A model generated the notes under the pieces. It did no database searches. It was given only the letters and a program-made list of their open reading frames with translations, and was not told the origin of the DNA. A stretch of 60,956 bases of DNA, counting the filler. It is 7 parts of 7 records of this genome, joined end to end, with 100 filler letters (N's around TTAATTAATTAA, not from the genome) between each part and the next. Parts side by side here need not be neighbours in the genome. Positions count along the whole stretch, not along the records: positions 14,698 to 21,183 come from SRR31156797_36338; positions 21,284 to 36,729 come from SRR31156797_36391; 5 more parts are not named here. The stretch is one strand, 5' to 3'. Made by a program: the position numbers and the translations under genes. This document shows positions 20,643 through 30,392 of the stretch, piece by piece. Position 1 is the stretch's first letter; the number at the start of each line of letters is the position of its first letter.

Positions 20643-20714
20643 ATGTATGGGGAATAAAAAAGGAGGGGGCAAATCACATGTTATTTCTATGCTGCAGTAG
20701 GTTGTTCTGCAGGG

Positions 20715-20782
20715 TGTTGATCAACGTTTCCAGGAGAGCTTGCGGGGGGCTGGATACACCTTGATGGAAACGCTGATCAACA
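20715..20782 (-). repeat. 18-bp inverted repeat with 32-nt spacer
   Basis: TGTTGATCAACGTTTCCA / TGGAAACGCTGATCAACA; the single mismatch becomes a G-U pair on the minus strand. Confidence 0.8.
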
Positions 20783-20807
20783 TATCAGGGGGGAACGGCA
20801 ATGTTGC

Positions 20808-21011
20808 CTATTCTATCCTGGTTACCGAAGTTCGGGTTGTCCTTGTCGGTCCCTGAAACTCGACAAAGGCTGTTTGATTGAGTTCCATCTTGTTGGGGTC
20901 GACTACCTTGCCCTGGGCATTAACTACCCGATCTGCAAACATCTCCAAAGATATCAGGAACAGGTCACCAACACTTGACACATAGAATTTTTTGTCTCGA
21001 TCACTTTTCAT
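20808..21011 (-). CDS. Small hypothetical protein, 67 aa
   Basis: RBS AGGAG shortly before the ATG; followed by a long hairpin. Confidence 0.55.
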   Translation of the reverse strand: MKSDRDKKFYVSSVGDLFLISLEMFADRVVNAQGKVVDPNKMELNQTAFVEFQGPTRTTRTSVTRIE

Positions 21012-21183
21012 TGTCTTCTCCTGGAGCTGTTAATGGTTTTGCTGCACGAAACCTTTGTATATCAGGACTGTTGAGGTCAGTTGATGCCGTTTTGTTTGAT
21101 AAAGTGATGGATTAGAGCCGTGTCTGCTTGCCGCCCTGCATCCGCTTTCCTTCAAAAATGGCTATCAGCTTTTGTACCGCGGA

Positions 21184-21283
21184 NNNNNNNNNNNNNNNNN
21201 NNNNNNNNNNNNNNNNNNNNNNNNNNNTTAATTAATTAANNNNNNNNNNNNNNNNNNNNNNNNNNNNNNNNNNNNNNNNNNNN
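21184..21283. other. Artificial contig linker
   Basis: N run with central TTAATTAATTAA. Confidence 0.98.
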
Positions 21284-21424
21284 AGTTTCAGTCCGTTTAT
21301 ATCCGTCCAAAAGTATATTTCAAGTATATTTTTTGCCCATCAAAACAAATCAGCTCCAGGAACTATCATCCATAAACCCTGCCAGCAGGCAGATCGCTTT
21401 TACTATTGCTTTTTTCCCTTAAAA

Positions 21425-23254
21425 ATGATCAAAACAAGTATGGGTCGCAGATCACTATTATCGAATCCTGACAAAAAAATTTTACATCATTGGACCGCTA
21501 AATTGAAAAACCCTCCCTTTAAAATTCTTTTACCCGTCTTTTTTTTCCTTTGTGTGTACGCCTGCGCCCCTGCAACAAAGCCCATTGAGGCTCCGCCACT
21601 TCCGTTATCAATTTCACCGCCATCAGCCCTTGAAGACTGCGGTATCCAGGATCACATCCTGATTGAAGCCCGGCACCTGTACAAAGAAGAAAAATACAAA
21701 AAAGCATTAGGCCGCCTATCTCAAATTTTAAGCGCCCCCTGCTCAAGAGAAAACTATGCAGAGGCCTTGGAAACAATTGGACATATCTTTATCCACAAAA
21801 AAGAAATTGAGGATGCTTTTCTTTTTTACGAAAAAGCCTACGAAAATCTTCCGGATGAAAAAGATAAAAAACGCATCTGTGAAAAAATGGCGGCAATCAT
21901 GGCATTAAAAACTCCTGACCAGATATTTTCCCTGATTTTCATCATCAAACCGACAGATCTACAGGGTAATATTCTCTACAAAACCGGAGTGAAAAAATTC
22001 AAGGCCGGCATGGACAAAGAGGCGCTGGCAATTTTAAAAAAATATATCGAAAATTTTAAAAATCAGGCCCAGGTCCCCCATGCCGAATCCATCATACAAA
22101 CCATCCGTGACCGGTATGCATTCCACCCGAACCGCATTGGGGTACTCCTCCCTTTAACCGGATACTATAATATGGCAGGAAAAAGAGCACTGAATGGCCT
22201 CAACCTGGCCATTGAAGTCGTCAATCGATCACCCCCTAACGCTTTTCACCTTATCATCAAAGATACCCAATCCGATCCGCAGACGGCGGTTAAAGGAGTA
22301 AAAGAACTTGCAGCCCAAAAGGCAGCCTGCATAATCGGCCCCATGGTAACGGCAGGCCCGGCCGGGACCGAATCCGACAAATTGGAAATCCCCATGTTCA
22401 CACTGACACAGAGACCGGGGATTCCCCAGGCAGGACCATATATCTTCAGAAACTGGTTTACCCCCCGGATGCAGGTCGAAACCGGGATTCGCTATTTGAC
22501 CCAAACATTGGACCTAAGCCGCTTTGCCGTACTATACCCCGATGATAAATACGGTATGGCCTTTAAAACTGCATTTGAAGAAATTGTGCCTTATTATGAC
22601 GGAATTGTTACGGATGCAGTCCCGTACAATCCAGGGGATACGGATTTCTCAAACCCGATCAAATCATTGATACACGGGTATCGGACCCGGAATGAGAAGG
22701 GGATTTTTATCGATGTAAAAGACAATGCACCAAAGGAAAGGAACAAAATTTATAAGGCGAAAATTAATTTCGAGGTGTTGTTTATTCCCGATTCTCCTGC
22801 GACTGTGGGTATGCTCGCCCCCCAGATAAGGTATTATGGCATCGACCGGATCATATTCATGGGAACAAACCTCTGGCATTCGGACAAATTGTTGGAACAG
22901 GCCGGAAACTACATACAAAAAGCGATTTTCCCGGACGGGTTTGACCGGGAAAACGCCCCCCCCCGGGTCCAGGGGTTTATTTCGGCATTTAGGAAATCCA
23001 CAGGGCAGTTCCCAGGCTATATTGCGGCCACGGCCTATGATACCGGCCTGCTGGTGATGAATGCCTTGTCATTGCCCTATGTCAGATCTAAAAAGTCCCT
23101 TGTTTCCGCCCTGCAATCAACCCGGTTCAAAAACGGTGTCACCTGCCCTGTATCCTTTGACGACTCAGGAGAACCTCGAAACGATCTTGATTTATATCAG
23201 GTTAGAGATGATCACTTTTATCTGATCAAATCCTGCACGGATGATGGTGGTTGA
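21425..23254 (+). CDS. LpoA/LppC-like lipoprotein (TPR-like N-terminus + periplasmic binding fold); true start probably slightly downstream
   Basis: Hydrophobic signal and lipobox-like VYAC; IGVLLPLTG, IIGP, LFIPD, GTNLW and AYD motifs. Confidence 0.75.
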   Translation: MIKTSMGRRSLLSNPDKKILHHWTAKLKNPPFKILLPVFFFLCVYACAPATKPIEAPPLPLSISPPSALEDCGIQDHILIEARHLYKEEKYKKALGRLSQILSAPCSRENYAEALETIGHIFIHKKEIEDAFLFYEKAYENLPDEKDKKRICEKMAAIMALKTPDQIFSLIFIIKPTDLQGNILYKTGVKKFKAGMDKEALAILKKYIENFKNQAQVPHAESIIQTIRDRYAFHPNRIGVLLPLTGYYNMAGKRALNGLNLAIEVVNRSPPNAFHLIIKDTQSDPQTAVKGVKELAAQKAACIIGPMVTAGPAGTESDKLEIPMFTLTQRPGIPQAGPYIFRNWFTPRMQVETGIRYLTQTLDLSRFAVLYPDDKYGMAFKTAFEEIVPYYDGIVTDAVPYNPGDTDFSNPIKSLIHGYRTRNEKGIFIDVKDNAPKERNKIYKAKINFEVLFIPDSPATVGMLAPQIRYYGIDRIIFMGTNLWHSDKLLEQAGNYIQKAIFPDGFDRENAPPRVQGFISAFRKSTGQFPGYIAATAYDTGLLVMNALSLPYVRSKKSLVSALQSTRFKNGVTCPVSFDDSGEPRNDLDLYQVRDDHFYLIKSCTDDGG

Positions 23255-23420
23255 AACCTATTCAGCCGGAAACCGACATAAAAAGGTATGATTATTGCAT
23301 TTCTCCTTATCATAAAAAATGCAATAAAACCGAAACATGATTTTTCATGGGACCTGAAAAAAAGTTCGGGGACGAAATACGGATCAAATCGTCAAGCAAC
23401 AATATATTGTAGGAGAGACA

Positions 23421-23843
23421 ATGGGTATTCTTAATCTTTTCAATCGGGAAAAAGGGGCGTCTGCCATTGAGTTTGCAATTGTTCTGCCCCTGTTTATCGT
23501 ACTGACATTCGGCATCATTGAGTTTGGGATCATCATGTACAACCAGGCCGTTATCACCAACGCCAGCCGGGAGGGGGCCCGATTCGGGATATTGTTCGAG
23601 GATCCGGTTCACAGTGATGCCGATATCCTTGCCCGGGTAAATTCCCATTTAAACAATGGCAACCTCCTGGTTACCCTAGGGGGAGCCGCCGCCGCTCCCG
23701 CCGTCAGCGTAGACAGATCCGCCCTGCCCCTATTGTCGGTATCGGTTAATTATAATTACGATTTCCTGGTCATCCCCAATTTCGTACCGGGAATCCCCCA
23801 GACCAAAACCCTGACCGCCACCACCACCATGAGGATGGAATAA
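23421..23843 (+). CDS. tadE: TadE-like pseudopilin
   Basis: KG/ASAIEFAIVLP...GIIEFG...ASREGAR; RBS AGGAG. Confidence 0.9.
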   Translation: MGILNLFNREKGASAIEFAIVLPLFIVLTFGIIEFGIIMYNQAVITNASREGARFGILFEDPVHSDADILARVNSHLNNGNLLVTLGGAAAAPAVSVDRSALPLLSVSVNYNYDFLVIPNFVPGIPQTKTLTATTTMRME

Positions 23844-25141
23844 TGAAATTGCTAAATAATCAATCCGGCGTTGCCGCCGTTCTCGTCGCCGTCATGCTGA
23901 CCATGTTCCTTGGATTTACAGCCCTGGCCATTGATACCGGCCATTTATATGTGGCAAGAAATCAACTTCAGAACGCCGCCGATGCCGGCGCCCTGGCGGG
24001 GGCCGGAGACTTATACAATTCTGACGGTTCAGCCGTTAATACAAGCGCCAACCAGACGGCACACGACACTGCCGTCCAAAATTTAAGCGAAAAAAGCCCT
24101 GTTGAAATTAATTGGACCGGCGGTAATACCGGAGACATAGAACGGGGCCATTGGTCCTTTGGCAGGGGCAGTAGCCTGGACCGGGGGTTTTACCCCTCAT
24201 CTTCCCTGTCTCCGACAACATTGTGGAATGTTTCAGAGGGTGACCTTGATGACGATCCCAATTTCATAAATGCCGTCCGGGTTACCGTCAGGCGGCAGTC
24301 CACCCCCATCGCCTCATTTTTCGCCGGCATTTTCGGATATACGGGCTTCACCCAGACCGCAACCGCTGTCGGGTACATCGGTTTTGCAGGTTCCTTCGAC
24401 AAATACGAACTGGACCAGCCCATCGCCATATGTGTTGAGAGCATCACCTCCACCGACGACCAGGGCAATACAATTTTTGACTGTAGCATAGGCCGGATGA
24501 TCAACAGCGGAAACGACTCCGCTACCAGCAACACCGGGGGCTGGACGGATTTTGACCAGAGCGAGGATTGTAACGGGGTCAACAAGCCCGGTGTTACAGA
24601 CGTCATAACCTGTGACTCATTTTCCGGGAACCAGGATATTATTATGGCCGGAAAACTTGAGACAGGAGGCGGGGCCATACAGCCGGCATTGAAGAAAATG
24701 ATAGACTGCTGGGAAGCAAAAACAGGCAAAACAAAGCCCTTAGAGATGAAGCTGCCTGTTGTTACCTGCCCGGGGAACAACGTCGGCAACTGCTCACAAC
24801 TGGTCGGCGCAGTTACGGTCGAGGTGGTCTGGATTAACGGACAGGGGACCCCAAGTTACGATGACGCGCCCACAAAAATGGCCTCAACCGACGCCAATGT
24901 CCCTGACTGGGACTGGTCTTCAATCAATGCGGATATCAACAGCGACGGCAGCATAGACGGCCAGGACCGATGGGCAAGTTTTACAGACCATTTTTCCCTC
25001 CAGAATGTCGGCGGCGACCCGGCCCCCTATGCCCAGCAAAGCATTTATTTCAAACCCTCCTGTGAGGTTGCCGTGCCCTCGGGCGGAACCGGGGGATCCA
25101 ATTTGGGTGTACTGGCGCGAATTCCCGTACTTGTGGAATAG
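23843..25141 (+). CDS. tadG: TadG-like pilus assembly protein
   Basis: QSG/VAAVLVA...LAIDTG...LQNAADAGALAGA; Cys-rich C-terminal region. Confidence 0.85.
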   Translation: MKLLNNQSGVAAVLVAVMLTMFLGFTALAIDTGHLYVARNQLQNAADAGALAGAGDLYNSDGSAVNTSANQTAHDTAVQNLSEKSPVEINWTGGNTGDIERGHWSFGRGSSLDRGFYPSSSLSPTTLWNVSEGDLDDDPNFINAVRVTVRRQSTPIASFFAGIFGYTGFTQTATAVGYIGFAGSFDKYELDQPIAICVESITSTDDQGNTIFDCSIGRMINSGNDSATSNTGGWTDFDQSEDCNGVNKPGVTDVITCDSFSGNQDIIMAGKLETGGGAIQPALKKMIDCWEAKTGKTKPLEMKLPVVTCPGNNVGNCSQLVGAVTVEVVWINGQGTPSYDDAPTKMASTDANVPDWDWSSINADINSDGSIDGQDRWASFTDHFSLQNVGGDPAPYAQQSIYFKPSCEVAVPSGGTGGSNLGVLARIPVLVE

Positions 25142-25172
25142 CCCAGTTCTCCTTCCCCCCTGATCGGGATAA

Positions 25173-25213
25173 GCGGCTGCTATTACCCTGCCTGACAGGG
25201 CAACAGCAGCCGC
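25173..25213. terminator. Hairpin after tadG
   Basis: GCGGCTGCT...CCCTG cctga CAGGG...AGCAGCCGC stem. Confidence 0.5.
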
Positions 25214-25577
25214 CATATTTTCAAAAGCCCATACCCGAATTAGAATCCTGTGTCCTTAATTTATATCCCGGAAATCCAATTGACCCCAATATTTATAACA
25301 GCCCGTCAATTTTAAAAACCGAAATGAAAATTTTAATTATGTTTAAATCTTCCATAAATTAGGCTTTTATTTACCCATTATTTCTATTTATTTACCGTTT
25401 TATGACTCAGCCGCCCTCCGCCCTATAGACTTCTATGTATTTTCAGTATTTTTTTATCGCCCCAGCCCCCCAATGATACGAAAAATCGCCAAAAGCCTTT
25501 ATATTAAATGACCATAGGGAGATGCGACAAAATTCAAGCCACCTTAATTGTGTTTTTTTTGTACATTCGAATAGTTT

Positions 25578-25593
25578 TGGCACACGAGTTGCA
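25578..25593 (+). promoter_or_regulatory. Sigma-54 (-24/-12) promoter of the flp pilin
   Basis: Exact consensus TGGCAC-N5-TTGCA, about 78 nt upstream of the flp ATG. Confidence 0.85.
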
Positions 25594-25670
25594 GTGTTAC
25601 GATATTAATTCGCAGGGTCATAACAACAATTGGGAAATTATTCCCGCAAATTAAGCCAAGGAGATTTAAC

Positions 25671-25835
25671 ATGGAAAGACTCATCAATTTTTTTAAAGAC
25701 GAAGAAGGCGCAACTGCAGTTGAATACGGGATTATGGTCGCTTTGATTGCGGCAATTATAGTTGGAGCTGTCCAGCTTATCGGAAGAGACACCAACACAG
25801 CTTTCAATACAGTAGCGACTGCCCTACCTGACTAA
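25671..25835 (+). CDS. flp: Flp/Fap major pilin, 54 aa (absent from ORF track)
   Basis: MERLINFFKDEEG/ATAVEYGIMVALIAAIIVGAVQLIGRDTNTAFNTVATALPD; G/xxxxEY Flp motif; RBS AAGGAG. Confidence 0.96.
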   Translation: MERLINFFKDEEGATAVEYGIMVALIAAIIVGAVQLIGRDTNTAFNTVATALPD

Positions 25836-25851
25836 TTAAAGACTATTACAC

Positions 25852-25897
25852 AGCCGCTTTTCTCTTAACTTGTTAGCGAAAAGCGGCTATAGTTTTT
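25852..25897 (+). terminator. Hairpin/terminator after flp
   Basis: Perfect 11-bp arms AGCCGCTTTTC / GAAAAGCGGCT with a nearby T-run. Confidence 0.65.
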
Positions 25898-25992
25898 GCG
25901 ACCCTGTTTCCATTTATGAAATATTATGGTATCAATTATTATCAAATGTTTCATTTTTCGCCCAAGTCAATCAGGAAAGGCAAAATACCCAG

Positions 25993-26559
25993 ATGCTTTC
26001 AGCCCAGTATAATGACGCTGTATTACACATTTTCCCGGCAGTATATCTGTCAGGGCTGCTGGTATTTGCCTCTATTACGGATTTCAGATACCAGAGAATC
26101 CCCAATTACCTGACCCTGACCACGATCCCCATTGGATTGATTTATCATTTTGTCCATGGGGGGGCCCAGGGCCTTTTGTTCGGTTTTTCAGGGATGCTCA
26201 CCGGCTTTGCCCTATTGATAATTCCCTATGCCATGGGGGGAATGGGGGCCGGGGATGTGAAGCTCATGGCGGCTGTGGGGGCATTTCTCGGGGCCAAGGG
26301 CGCCTTTATCGCCTTTTTATTCACCGCCCTGTTCGGCGGGGTCTATGCCCTGATTGCCATCCTATGGTTCAGGGAGATATTCAAGGGCTTTTTCAAGCAA
26401 TTTTTCAATACCATACTGGCCTTTATACTAACCAAAAAATACATGCCCGATCCTTTAATCGAAAATAAAAATAAACCACGGCTATGCTATGGCATCGCCA
26501 TCACCCTGGGGACATTTACATATATGGGATTTAATCTAAGCGGATATGAATTTATTTAG
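25993..26559 (+). CDS. cpaA: Prepilin peptidase CpaA/TadV (A24)
   Basis: TDFRYQRIPN and GGMGAGDVKL catalytic motifs; start placed at ATG 25993 behind AGGAAAGG. Confidence 0.9.
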   Translation: MLSAQYNDAVLHIFPAVYLSGLLVFASITDFRYQRIPNYLTLTTIPIGLIYHFVHGGAQGLLFGFSGMLTGFALLIIPYAMGGMGAGDVKLMAAVGAFLGAKGAFIAFLFTALFGGVYALIAILWFREIFKGFFKQFFNTILAFILTKKYMPDPLIENKNKPRLCYGIAITLGTFTYMGFNLSGYEFI

Positions 26560-26580
26560 ACCGGAAAAAGGAGATCTATA

Positions 26581-27471
26581 ATGGGAAATTTAAAGGCGTT
26601 TATTCCCTTCCTGCTCTCAATTGTCATTGCTTTGGGCGGCAGCTACTTCCTCTATCAGTGGATAAAGCAGAAAACAGCTCCCGACAAGGTGGTGACCGTT
26701 AAAGAGACCCAGGCCGTCCCCGTTGTTGTGGCAAAGGCAAACATCCCCTGGGGTGTTAAAATACAGCCTGAAATGCTGAGCACCTCCCCTTTTCTGGAAG
26801 AAAGTATTCCCAATGGGGCGTTTACCCGGTTGTCGGAACTCTCGGGCAGAATCGTTGTCTCCCCCATCCGGGAGGGAGAACCTATTATCGAATACCGGCT
26901 GGCACCCATCAGCCTGGAGACCGGCGGGGTCGCGGCCGTATTAAACTCCGGTTCCAGAGCCGTTTCCGTTAAGGGAAACCTGGTCCTGGGAATCGCAGGC
27001 TTTATCAATCCGGGCAATCGGGTGGATGTCCTGGTCACCGTGGAGAACCCTGAAACCGAGGAAAAAATAACAAAGCTGGTGCTTGAAAACCTATTGGTCC
27101 TGGCCTCGGGCACCCAGATTATTGAAAACAGCAAGGGCGAGCCCGCCCCGGTTGACGTATATACCCTGGAAGTCACCCCGGAACAAGGAGAGCGGCTGAC
27201 CCTTGCGGCCAATGAGGGAAAGCTTCAGTTTGCCCTGAGGGGGGCGGCGGACTCGGACAGCATCCTGACCAAGGGAATCACCGTTCCGGAAATGCTCAAA
27301 TCCCTGACCCTTTCCGAGCCGGAGCCGGTGAAACCGTTAATGACCGGAAAGATCACCAAGGCCAAGAGGCGGATCAGGAAAACACGGTACACAGCGCCCA
27401 AAAAACCCCGGAAAATCATGGTTGAAACCATGAAGGGACTCGAATTGACCAAAGAAGAAATTAAAATTTAA
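26581..27471 (+). CDS. cpaB: Flp pilus assembly protein CpaB/RcpC
   Basis: SAF-like VVVAKANIPWG; RAVSV...GIAGFINPGNRVDVL; TLEVTPEQ...LQFALR. Confidence 0.93.
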   Translation: MGNLKAFIPFLLSIVIALGGSYFLYQWIKQKTAPDKVVTVKETQAVPVVVAKANIPWGVKIQPEMLSTSPFLEESIPNGAFTRLSELSGRIVVSPIREGEPIIEYRLAPISLETGGVAAVLNSGSRAVSVKGNLVLGIAGFINPGNRVDVLVTVENPETEEKITKLVLENLLVLASGTQIIENSKGEPAPVDVYTLEVTPEQGERLTLAANEGKLQFALRGAADSDSILTKGITVPEMLKSLTLSEPEPVKPLMTGKITKAKRRIRKTRYTAPKKPRKIMVETMKGLELTKEEIKI

Positions 27472-27503
27472 GCGGTTAACTTTTGACCAGGAGAGGATGA
27501 TAC

Positions 27504-28922
27504 ATGTGCCAGCACCCTAATACGATAAAAGCAATGGTCATTGTTTGTTTCTTTTCTCTTGTTTTTGTGTGCCATTCTACTGCCCAGAATATTCTTGTCC
27601 CAAAAACAATGGAGTCATACAGGCTTGAGATGATCAAAGGCAAAGCCCTTGTGATGAAGCTTGCCACCCCGGTAAAAAAGAGACTGAGGGTTTCCGTAGG
27701 AGATCCGGAAATCGCCGATTATAAGGTCCTCCCCCCCGATGGAATTCCTGAAGAAATCTATATCTATGGAAAGGCGGCCGGAATCACCAATATGATACTC
27801 TGGCAGGAAGGCAAATTGATCGGCATTTATGACATAGAGGTCAAATACGATATTGCCCGCTTAAAGCAGCGGCTCCATGAGATCCTGCCCGAGGAAGAAA
27901 TAAGGGTCACCGCCACCAGCGACTCCCTGACCCTCACCGGCAAGGTCTCCAATTCAGGGGTTCTGTCACAGGCCTTGGCCTTATCCCGGTCCTATGCGCC
28001 CGAGGGTAAGGTGAACAACCTTCTCCAGGTCGGAGGAACCCACCAGATCATGCTGGAGGTGAAGATGGCCGAGATGGCCCGCTCGGTGGGAAAAGACCTG
28101 GGCATCGACCTTTTATATCAAAACGGTGGGGAGTTCGGACTGGTGAATCTCTCCAGCCTAATCACACCGGATCTCATCGATGCCGGCGGCCTTGCCGAAG
28201 CCACCCTTTCCCCGGCCATCAGTTCTCTGTTCCGGTTCAACAGCGGCAGCAGCACCTGGTCGGCCTTTATCAATGCCATGGAAGAAGACGGATTCGCCAA
28301 GGTGATTGCCGAGCCCAACCTGATTTCACTCAGCGGGCAGCCGGCAAGTTTTCTGGCCGGCGGGGAATTTCCCATCCCGGTGCCCGATGAAAACGGGATT
28401 ACCATCGACTATAAGGAATTCGGGGTCGGGCTCTCTTTCACCCCCACGGTGCTCAGTGAGGACAAGATCAGCATTGAAGTCAATTCGGAAGTCTCTGAAC
28501 TGGATTTTACAACGGCGGTTCAATACACCGGGTATATCATACCGGGGATCACCACCCGGCGGGCGGCCACCACCATTGAGCTGGGCGACGGCCAGAGCTT
28601 TGCCATTGCCGGACTTTTATCGGAAAATATTCGGGAAAACGTTAAAAAATTCCCCTTTCTTGGAGACATCCCCCTGCTTGGCTCCCTTTTTAAAAGCACG
28701 GAATTTCAAAAGGATGAAACCGAACTGGTGATCATCGTGACCCCCCATTTTGTCAAGCCCCTGGACAGGGCGGCACAGCCCCTTCCCACAGACTATTACC
28801 AGGAGCCCGATGATGCTGAGATATATTTTAACCTGAAAAGGTCGGCTCCTAAGCCACAGAAATCAGAGGGAGCCCATGGAAAGACGGACGGGGAATTCGG
28901 GCATTCATTTGAAAAAGACTAA
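27504..28922 (+). CDS. cpaC: Secretin CpaC/RcpA
   Basis: QIMLEVKMAE, AEPNLISLSGQPASFLAGGEFPIP, LGDIPLLGSLF, TELVIIVTP. Confidence 0.94.
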   Translation: MCQHPNTIKAMVIVCFFSLVFVCHSTAQNILVPKTMESYRLEMIKGKALVMKLATPVKKRLRVSVGDPEIADYKVLPPDGIPEEIYIYGKAAGITNMILWQEGKLIGIYDIEVKYDIARLKQRLHEILPEEEIRVTATSDSLTLTGKVSNSGVLSQALALSRSYAPEGKVNNLLQVGGTHQIMLEVKMAEMARSVGKDLGIDLLYQNGGEFGLVNLSSLITPDLIDAGGLAEATLSPAISSLFRFNSGSSTWSAFINAMEEDGFAKVIAEPNLISLSGQPASFLAGGEFPIPVPDENGITIDYKEFGVGLSFTPTVLSEDKISIEVNSEVSELDFTTAVQYTGYIIPGITTRRAATTIELGDGQSFAIAGLLSENIRENVKKFPFLGDIPLLGSLFKSTEFQKDETELVIIVTPHFVKPLDRAAQPLPTDYYQEPDDAEIYFNLKRSAPKPQKSEGAHGKTDGEFGHSFEKD

Positions 28923-28950
28923 AAACATCGGTGAACGGGAGGATACAATT

Positions 28951-29226
28951 GTGAATAAAAGCTTGATTCTGATACTGATGGCCGGACTGCTCGGTCTTGG
29001 CTGCCAGACAACGACATACAGAAAGGCTCAAATGGACGCAAATTATGGCAGGGCCTATGAAACGGCACGGTTCAGCCAGATCCAGACCCCTGAGGCTCAA
29101 AACAATCTGGATCCGGTAACCGGATTTGACGGAACCGCCGCCTTGAATGCACGTGATAAATACCAAAAGGATTTTAAAAAACAGATATCCACATCCCAGG
29201 TATTTAACATTAACGTAAGTAAATAA
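28951..29226 (+). CDS. Small Tad-locus lipoprotein (pilotin-like position)
   Basis: GTG start after GGGAGG; lipobox LGLGC; lies directly after the secretin. Confidence 0.75.
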   Translation: MNKSLILILMAGLLGLGCQTTTYRKAQMDANYGRAYETARFSQIQTPEAQNNLDPVTGFDGTAALNARDKYQKDFKKQISTSQVFNINVSK

Positions 29227-29234
29227 TAGAGACA

Positions 29235-30374
29235 ATGACTTTGAGAACAACTTTTGTTAAATTTTCCGTTAAAAGCCAGGGCATTGCAGAGGCATTCACC
29301 CGGGCAATCGAAACTGCCAAAGGGTTTAAAATTATCCCAAAGGGGGGAGATCATCATCCGGATCTTTTAATCGTCGAGCTGAACGATGAGCCCCACCTGG
29401 ACAAGATCCGTTCTTTTCTAGAAAAAACCGATGATACGCAAATTTTCATAGTATCACGGCAGTCCGATCCCGAGATCCTCATCAAGGCGCTGCGGATGGG
29501 CATCAAAGAATTCTTTCCGCTTCCCCTCCAGCCCAAAGCCGTAGAAGACGCCTTAACTCACCTTAAAGAACGGCAGGCCAAAAACGAGGAAAAAAAATAC
29601 GGCACCCCGGGGAAAATTTTCAGTATTGTGGGGAGCAAAGGCGGTGTGGGCACCACCACCATTGCCGTCAACCTGGCCGCAGAGATTGCCCGAAAACAAA
29701 AAAAAACGTCGGTGGCCCTCCTGGATATGAATATCATCTTTGGGGAAATCCCGATTTTTCTCGATATGTCTCCCAAACACCATTGGGGGGATATTACCAA
29801 AAACATAGAGCGGCTGGATGAATTTTTCCTGTCCAATATTCTGTCAGAGCACGGTTCCGGCATTCATATTCTGCCCTCCCCGAGGTATCTTGACGACCAG
29901 CCCCCTCCCACACCGCCCATCATGGAGACCCTGCTTGAATTAATGAAGACAAATTATGACTATATCCTAGTCGATCTTGGGCAGTCCATGAATGATACGG
30001 CATTGAAAATTTTAAAAATGTCGGAGATCATCCATATCGTGACCATTCAGAGCCTTCCCTGCCTTTCAAATACAAACCGCCTCATTAAATCCATGGTGGA
30101 TTTCGGCTTTGTTGAAAAAGAGCACATCAATATCGTTTTAAACCGGTATTTTAAAAAAGGGGTGATTTCACTGGACAGTGTTGAAGAGGGGATCGGAGAA
30201 CAGGTGGCCTGGGTTATCCCCAATGATTATTCCACCACCATGTCGGCAATCAATTCGGGAAAACCCCTTCATGAGGTCTCCCGGAGATCACAGATTGTAA
30301 AAAGCTTTGACGGATATGTTGAAAAATTAATGCCCGGTTCCCCTAAAAAGGAAAAAAAGGGATGGTTCTTTTAA
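29235..30374 (+). CDS. cpaE: CpaE/TadZ (REC-like + MinD/ParA-like ATPase)
   Basis: ALRMGIKEF; GSKGGVGTTTIAVNLA; IPND...AINSGKP; C-terminal KKKGWFF. Confidence 0.92.
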   Translation: MTLRTTFVKFSVKSQGIAEAFTRAIETAKGFKIIPKGGDHHPDLLIVELNDEPHLDKIRSFLEKTDDTQIFIVSRQSDPEILIKALRMGIKEFFPLPLQPKAVEDALTHLKERQAKNEEKKYGTPGKIFSIVGSKGGVGTTTIAVNLAAEIARKQKKTSVALLDMNIIFGEIPIFLDMSPKHHWGDITKNIERLDEFFLSNILSEHGSGIHILPSPRYLDDQPPPTPPIMETLLELMKTNYDYILVDLGQSMNDTALKILKMSEIIHIVTIQSLPCLSNTNRLIKSMVDFGFVEKEHINIVLNRYFKKGVISLDSVEEGIGEQVAWVIPNDYSTTMSAINSGKPLHEVSRRSQIVKSFDGYVEKLMPGSPKKEKKGWFF

Positions 30375-30392
30375 GCAACCAAGGAGAATTCA

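Noticed and set aside
25544-25807. 87-aa minus-strand ORF
   Set aside because: Antisense shadow of the real flp gene.
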